From: Candidatus Thorarchaeota archaeon
GTDB taxonomy: Archaea > Asgardarchaeota > Thorarchaeia > Thorarchaeales > Thorarchaeaceae
Assembly: GCA_046482545.1 (NCBI GenBank)
Contig: JAWOEX010000024.1
Span: forward strand, 32,001-96,000
Direction of reading: 5' to 3'
Length of the DNA: 64,000 nt
The notes under the pieces are model-generated. The model did no database searches. It saw nothing but the letters and a program-made list of their open reading frames with translations, and was not told where the DNA came from. Below are positions 58,523 through 64,000 of the stretch, piece by piece. Position 1 is the stretch's first letter, and each line of letters opens with the position of its first letter. Both the position numbers and the translations under genes were made by a program.

Positions 58523-59965
58523 ATGGGGAAAAAACAAGTCATGAGTTCCATTGTTGTTACTGACGGCATTCTTGTAACGCCTAGTCCGAAAGGAGTTAGG
58601 GTCATTGAAAACGGTGCTGTTGCCATAGAGGATGGGCGAATTGAGGATGTTGGAAAATCTGCAGAAATGAAAGCAAAGATTTCTGCGGAAATTGTGATTG
58701 ACGCCAAGGGCAAGGCGATTCTTCCAGGATTCATTGATGCTCATGTCCACAGTCCATTGAGCTTATTCAGGGGTCTTGCGCAGGATGTACCTGAATCCGA
58801 GTGGATGACCAAAACAATTGACCCTCTAGCTAACAAGATGACAAAAAAGGCGGCAATTGTAGGTTCCAAGCTGACCGTCATAGAAGGGCTGAAAGCTGGA
58901 ACTACATGCTTCTGCGATTTTTCCACGTCAATGGTAGACCTCATCAAGAACGTCTACTTGAGTGCTGGTGTCCGTGCCAATGTTTGCTCTACGATCAATG
59001 AGGTTGGTGCAAAGAAGGAAGGAAATGGAGTATTGTACCCATTCGATAGGACTCTTGGTGAGAAGAGACTTCAAGAGAATATCGAATTGGTGGAGAAATG
59101 GCATGGAAAGGGAAATGGCCGGATTACATGTCTATTCGGTCCCCAAGCTGCTGATATGCTGAGCAAGGAGCTTCTTCTACAAGTCAGAGATACTGCGATT
59201 GAATATGATTTGCCAATTCACACCCATGTCGCTCAAGGTGGAAGAGAACGCAAACAGATGATGGAGCGATACGGGAAGTCAACAGTAGAATTCTTGGATG
59301 AGATAGGGTACTTGGATAACCGGTTGATTGCAGTTCATTGCCATGATACCACTAGAAAAGAACTAGAAATTCTTGCAAACAGAAACGTGAGAATGGTGGG
59401 CTGTCCGGGTTCCATTGGTATGATAGACGGCATTGTACCACCATTGGCAAGTTTCAGTGGATTTGGAGGTGTTACAGGACTTGGCTCAGACCAATGCCCG
59501 CCTGATGGACATAACATGTTGAGAGAAGCTAAGTACGCAGCAATCCTATCAAAAACCAAACACCAAAATCCAACTATCTTACCAGCCGGAGAAGTCTTCA
59601 GAATGGCAACCATTGGTGGGGCCATGTGCCACAGTCTTCACAGGGAGATCGGGTCACTCGAACCAGGCAAGAAGGCGGATCTCATACTGATTGATATCGA
59701 ACGACCAAATCTCGTACCAATCCTAAATTCGCCCGTTAGAACCATCATCCCAAATTTGATGTACCATGCTATGGGCCCTGAAGTTGTTACTGCACTTGTT
59801 GATGGACAGATAGTGCTAGAGAACGGCAAGGTCACGACGATGGATGAAGGAGCCGTTGTGAAGGAAGCACAAAGGATCGCTTCTGAACTAGCGGAAGAGG
59901 CAACCGATGATTTCATGACGGCTGGGTCAGAGCTAACAGATTTACAGAATAGAGGCCTCCTATGA
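58523..59965 (+). CDS. Amidohydrolase (MTA/SAH deaminase / chlorohydrolase-like)
   Basis: 'PGFIDAHVH', 'GTTC', 'HTHVAQ', 'VHC', 'GSD', 'GSLEPGKKADL'. Confidence 0.9.
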   Translation: MGKKQVMSSIVVTDGILVTPSPKGVRVIENGAVAIEDGRIEDVGKSAEMKAKISAEIVIDAKGKAILPGFIDAHVHSPLSLFRGLAQDVPESEWMTKTIDPLANKMTKKAAIVGSKLTVIEGLKAGTTCFCDFSTSMVDLIKNVYLSAGVRANVCSTINEVGAKKEGNGVLYPFDRTLGEKRLQENIELVEKWHGKGNGRITCLFGPQAADMLSKELLLQVRDTAIEYDLPIHTHVAQGGRERKQMMERYGKSTVEFLDEIGYLDNRLIAVHCHDTTRKELEILANRNVRMVGCPGSIGMIDGIVPPLASFSGFGGVTGLGSDQCPPDGHNMLREAKYAAILSKTKHQNPTILPAGEVFRMATIGGAMCHSLHREIGSLEPGKKADLILIDIERPNLVPILNSPVRTIIPNLMYHAMGPEVVTALVDGQIVLENGKVTTMDEGAVVKEAQRIASELAEEATDDFMTAGSELTDLQNRGLL

Positions 59966-60100
59966 TATAATGCTGAAACAAGTATATTGGAGCCTGATTC
60001 CTAATTGATGAGACGAGTTTATCACACTCGAAATGAATGATAATAGGAGAGCACAAAATCGGTTCTAACCCAGATCCATTAGGACCTGCAACAAGGAGCG

Positions 60101-60808
60101 ATGCTAGTGGTCAAAGTCCTGAGGAAAAGCGACTTGGTGTATCTCTCAGGTCGGGCTAGATTCTTCCATAATGAAGCCATAGTACTGCTGATTGTTGGTT
60201 CCATAATTATGTTTGCAGTTCCTTATGTCGGTTTTCTGCTGGGTCTAGTAATACTAACATTGGCTACGGCATACTGGAAGCAGTATACTGATTATGACAC
60301 AGGCATTCAGGGGGAGCAATTGGTAAGTCAAACGCTGAAAGAACTAGATGAAGAGTACTACCTTCTTGAGGATGTCAATTTGCTTTCCGTAAAAGGAAAT
60401 ATTGACCACGTTCTAGTTGGCCCAAATGGTATTTTCGCAATAGAAGCAAAGAACTACAGCGGGAAAGTATCCTGTCACAAGGATATGTGGTATCACACGA
60501 AACGGTCAGGAATGCATAAGACGGAGATACAGAGCGTCAGCATTCAAGTAAAAAAGAATGCTGCTAACCTGAATAGAACACTTACGAATTTTCTCGGCAC
60601 TCAATTCACAAATCGGCTTTTTGTGGAACCAGTAGTTGTTTTCACTGATGATAAGATGGAGCTCAAGACCAAGGAGCCAACAGTCCTTGTTGCCAGAGTG
60701 GACAGCCTGCTGGATATCCTTCAAAGACACAGAATGCAGTATCATTATAGCACGAATCAAGTTGATACGATAGCACAAGCTGTCCCAGGCGCTTGTGGAG
60801 GAAGATAA
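60101..60808 (+). CDS. Membrane-anchored NERD (nuclease-related domain) protein
   Basis: Two TM helices, then 'GIQGEQLV...IDHVLVGPNGIFAIEAKNYSG'. Confidence 0.88.
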   Translation: MLVVKVLRKSDLVYLSGRARFFHNEAIVLLIVGSIIMFAVPYVGFLLGLVILTLATAYWKQYTDYDTGIQGEQLVSQTLKELDEEYYLLEDVNLLSVKGNIDHVLVGPNGIFAIEAKNYSGKVSCHKDMWYHTKRSGMHKTEIQSVSIQVKKNAANLNRTLTNFLGTQFTNRLFVEPVVVFTDDKMELKTKEPTVLVARVDSLLDILQRHRMQYHYSTNQVDTIAQAVPGACGGR

Positions 60809-60853
60809 TATCAACCTATCATGGAACAATCTATCTAAGTGGAGAAATATAAA

Positions 60854-61630
60854 ATGAGCAATGAACTAGATGATAAAATCAAGAAGAATCTATTGGAATT
60901 CGCGGTTAGGAGTGCGGAACAAGCTGGTGATCTAACCCTAGAATACTTTCGTGCATCTATTGACGTAGAAAGGAAAGATGATGAAACTCCGGTAACGGTA
61001 GCGGACAAGCACTCCGAGCGAATACTTCGTGATGCTATAGAAGCGGAATATCCTAACCATGCCATTCTTGGTGAAGAATACGAGAACAAGAACACCGACT
61101 CATCCTTTAGATGGATTCTCGACCCTATTGACGGTACACAGTCATTTGTACGCGGTGTGCCTTTGTATGCGGTTTTGGTTGCTCTTCAGTATGAGGGAAA
61201 TCCCCTTCTAGGAGTCATTCACATTCCACCGCTCCACGAAACAGTTGCAGCGGCGATTGGAGTGGGATGTTTTCATGATCATAAACTATGTCATATAGCT
61301 GAGACCAAATCACTCTCAAATGCGTGGGTACAGGTCACCGATGTGGTGTCGCTGGCAAAACACAGACCGACTCTTCTTGAGCGTCTTCTAGCGGAAGTTG
61401 GTTTTCTGAGAACTTGGGGGGATGCTTATGGGTACCTGCTTCTTGCTACTGGCCGAGCTCACGTTATGATTGACCCAGTCATGGAAATCTGGGACATCGC
61501 CCCCTTGATGCCAATCATAACCGAAGCAGGAGGATGGTTCGGAGATCTCGACGGTAAAGCCAACGCTTTAGGAGAATCAGCTCTGGCTTGTGTGCCTTCC
61601 CTTCGTGAAAGTCTATTGACCCTTTTCTGA
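60854..61630 (+). CDS. Inositol monophosphatase family, histidinol-phosphatase HisN-like
   Basis: 'PVTVAD', 'ILGEE', 'WILDPIDGTQSF', 'GDAYGY', 'WDIAPL'. Confidence 0.9.
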   Translation: MSNELDDKIKKNLLEFAVRSAEQAGDLTLEYFRASIDVERKDDETPVTVADKHSERILRDAIEAEYPNHAILGEEYENKNTDSSFRWILDPIDGTQSFVRGVPLYAVLVALQYEGNPLLGVIHIPPLHETVAAAIGVGCFHDHKLCHIAETKSLSNAWVQVTDVVSLAKHRPTLLERLLAEVGFLRTWGDAYGYLLLATGRAHVMIDPVMEIWDIAPLMPIITEAGGWFGDLDGKANALGESALACVPSLRESLLTLF

Positions 61631-61771
61631 AAAGGGGCGAAACTCAAAACCAATATGTGGTAATCAAGGTGAGCTATGTGTTCTCTATTTCACTTAGTAT
61701 CTTAATTAACATCACAACTTCGATTCCAATCTTCTCAAACTCATCGTAATCACCGTAAGAACGGGCTGATA

Positions 61772-61942
61772 TCAATTTGGCTCCTCAAAAGGCGCTGTTG
61801 CAATACGCAAGAACCTCAGCCAGCCAATCATAATACCTAGCCCACCAAGATTGAGTATGATTCCAAGATTAATCTTCTCAGCTGTAATCAGAATCAATAC
61901 AATTGACACAAGAATATGGCTTCCACCCAAAGAGAATCTCAT
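61772..61942 (-). pseudogene. Short hydrophobic ORF, possible YczE/YitT-like membrane protein remnant
   Basis: 56 aa MRFSLGGSHILVSIVLILITAEKINLGIILNLGGLGIMIGWL... with GGTGA upstream; below the ORF-track cutoff. Confidence 0.3.
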
Positions 61943-62057
61943 TTCACCCTATACCATTGGAGCCCTTTTGAAGGAATAATGTTCCAATGCATATGAATAC
62001 TGTCAGAGACTACTGTTGTGATGAAGGACAGTCTTTCTTGGTTTTCTGGCTCACATA

Positions 62058-62098
62058 GAAAAAGGAGATTTGAAGGAGGGCATTGCAGCCCATCCTTC
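62058..62098 (-). terminator. Hairpin plus U-tract downstream of actin
   Basis: Minus strand reads GAAGGA-T-GGGC-TGCAAT-GCCC-TCCTTC then AAATCTCCTTTTTC, starting about 20 nt after the actin stop. Confidence 0.5.
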
Positions 62099-62117
62099 TG
62101 AAACTAATTGCCTTGCA

Positions 62118-63263
62118 TCAGATACAGCGGTGAATGACTTCCGGCCCAGCTTCTTCGAACTCTTTCTTGCTGACCCACATCTTCTGGAAGGTCTTAAGTG
62201 AAGCAAGAATGGAGCCGCCAATCCAAACTGAGTACTGTCTCTCAGGAGGAGCAATGATGCGAACCTCGAGGTTCTCAGGTAGTTGTTCAGAGACCTCCTT
62301 GTGGAGCCTCTCCTTGAGACCTGGGAACATGGTTGAACCACCAGACATTACGATGTTGGCATAGAGCTCACGTCGCAAGTCAACGTCACACTGCTTAATT
62401 GACTCGACAATGTGATCATCCATCGGGATGGTATCAAGTCCAATTGCGCTCGGATTGAAGAATAGCTCTGGCGCTTGGAACCGTTCTGCGCCTATGGTAA
62501 TTGTTTCACCATCAGGCAACATGTAGGGTTTGTCTACGCCGGCCTTGTCGGCAACCTGTCTTTCCTTCTCAGGATCAAGTGCAACGTAGCATAGCTTCTC
62601 CTTGATATCCCTCACAATTTCCTTCTCCGCACCACTTACGAAGGTATAACCACGCTGTCTCAGGAGTCTCCGGAGGTATTCAGTTATGTCACGACCTGCC
62701 AGATCGATTCGCCTGATTGCATGAGTAATAGCAAAACCCTCGTAGATAGGTACAATGTGAGTAACACCATCTCCTGAGTCAATAACAAGCCCTGTGGTTC
62801 TGCCTGATGCATACAGTGATAAGACAGCTTGTGTCGCCACGTAAACCGCAGGAACTCCAAAATTATCAAACATGACAGATGCCATGCGCTCTCTATTCTC
62901 TCGTGGATTGAATGGTGCTTCAGTAAGCAGTACGGGATTCTCGCTGGGGTCAACCTTCAAGTCATTATAGAATGTGTATGACCATATCTTCTCAATTGCA
63001 TCCCAGTCATCAATCACACCGTGTGTAATAGGATACACCAGTCGAAGGACACCACGTAGGTTGATTGCCTCTTCACCGATATAGTAGTCCCGAGTGTAAT
63101 GGTCAACATCAGTCATTATTGACTCATACCGGGGATACCCAATCAGTGTAGGCCAAACACTACGGGGCTGGTCTTCTCCCGCGTATCCGTTCTTACTCAG
63201 GCCTGTACCGTTATCAATCACAATGGGCTTCGCGCCCAAGTACTCGTCTTCCGCCAAATTCAT
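62118..63263 (-). CDS. Asgard actin (conserved Lokiactin-type)
   Basis: 'VIDNGTG', 'LLTEAP.NP', '[28 protein letters not shown]', '[18 protein letters not shown]', 'GGSTMFPG', '[12 protein letters not shown]'. Confidence 0.97.
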   Translation of the reverse strand: MNLAEDEYLGAKPIVIDNGTGLSKNGYAGEDQPRSVWPTLIGYPRYESIMTDVDHYTRDYYIGEEAINLRGVLRLVYPITHGVIDDWDAIEKIWSYTFYNDLKVDPSENPVLLTEAPFNPRENRERMASVMFDNFGVPAVYVATQAVLSLYASGRTTGLVIDSGDGVTHIVPIYEGFAITHAIRRIDLAGRDITEYLRRLLRQRGYTFVSGAEKEIVRDIKEKLCYVALDPEKERQVADKAGVDKPYMLPDGETITIGAERFQAPELFFNPSAIGLDTIPMDDHIVESIKQCDVDLRRELYANIVMSGGSTMFPGLKERLHKEVSEQLPENLEVRIIAPPERQYSVWIGGSILASLKTFQKMWVSKKEFEEAGPEVIHRCI

Positions 63264-63606
63264 CAGTCCTCTTTTTTATTTTTGATTCGTGCTAGAACAG
63301 GATTTCCAAAACCATTTGCGAATTAACAGTTCGTAATGCCGTATTTAAGCCTTGTTTGCATGCTTTCGATAAATCGCCAATTACTTTCAATACCTATATG
63401 AACTATATATGAATGACAGGAAGAGGAAATGCACGGGTTCAAATCAACCCTCACCTTATTGTTGAAATGATATTAGAAGTGTTCTGGAGTGTGTATTCTC
63501 TGGGTATTACTGTCAGTAATATCAGCATAGCAAAGCCGTGTATCCTGAGAGGACATCACAATATCATATATAGATATTATATTCGTCTTACGAATTGGAG
63601 TGTCTG

Positions 63607-64000
63607 ATGTTAATAGAGTCTCCTGAAGAAATCATTCGTGAAGAGGTTTCAAGTGTCCGTGCGAGAAAAATCATTCTAGAGGAACTACAACAGGGACAGA
63701 GGACTGGTACTGAGCTCAGAGAAGCAATAAGGGAAGACTTGATTGCTCGAGAAGAAGAAAAAGGCAATGGTCAAGAAGAGGTAAAGGTAACCGATCCAAA
63801 GCTCTACTTCAATACTAAGCATCTTGAGAAGAAAGGAATAATCTCTAGTTCTAAGAAGGGGCGACAGAGGATATATCAGCTTTCTCCTAAAGCGATTCAC
63901 CCAGTTCGAAGAGTTCTCAATTTCGGTAGGCCTAATCTACTCATCACATCCGTAGCAATGCCCGATGACCAACGACCTCTTGCTAAGTGGTTAAGCCGAG
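63607..64000 (+). CDS. ArsR-like winged-helix protein, N-terminal part (runs off window)
   Basis: MLIESPEE...RKIILEELQQGQRTGTELRE...KLYFNTKHLEKKGIISSSKKGRQRIYQL; open to the window end. Confidence 0.7.
   Translation, partial: MLIESPEEIIREEVSSVRARKIILEELQQGQRTGTELREAIREDLIAREEEKGNGQEEVKVTDPKLYFNTKHLEKKGIISSSKKGRQRIYQLSPKAIHPVRRVLNFGRPNLLITSVAMPDDQRPLAKWLSR

Noticed and set aside
1-64000. Many short antisense or overlapping ORFs; tRNA, rRNA, CRISPR, IS elements
   Set aside because: The short ORFs are shadows of well-supported genes. No cloverleaf, rRNA, repeat-spacer array or transposase was seen by eye.

Overview
A 64-kb chromosomal segment from an Asgard archaeon, most consistent with Thorarchaeia. 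The assignment rests on a highly conserved Asgard actin, a two-domain gelsolin and archaeal informational genes. In order, the window holds: (1) a NikR-type regulator with a ZnuABC/MntABC-type metal ABC transporter; (2) the archaeal proteasome-exosome superoperon (psmA, SBDS, rrp4/41/42, eL43, Brix, Pcc1, prefoldin beta, DUF3194, DHH) followed by an ECF module; (3) urocanate hydratase; (4) a group 4 [NiFe]-hydrogenase/complex I-like membrane complex split into three transcription units around 2-oxoacid:ferredoxin oxidoreductase beta/gamma genes; (5) a 2-hydroxyacyl-CoA dehydratase with activator and an acyl-CoA ligase; (6) regulators and housekeeping enzymes; (7) an orphan beta-class DNA methyltransferase overlapping an MCM-derived protein that has lost its ATPase motifs; (8) an HdrCB / AOR / polyferredoxin / HdrA-MvhD cluster; (9) actin. 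I saw no tRNA, rRNA, CRISPR array or intact mobile element. The strongest leads are the methyltransferase plus pseudo-ATPase MCM pair, three multibranched RNA leaders (upstream of psmA, eL43 and hdrC), a possible AOR-Hdr bifurcating module, Lys-to-Glu swaps in the hydrogenase antiporter subunits, and a catalytically dead RNase H-fold protein with a CxxCxxC motif. All calls come from reading motifs by eye; no database searches were run.
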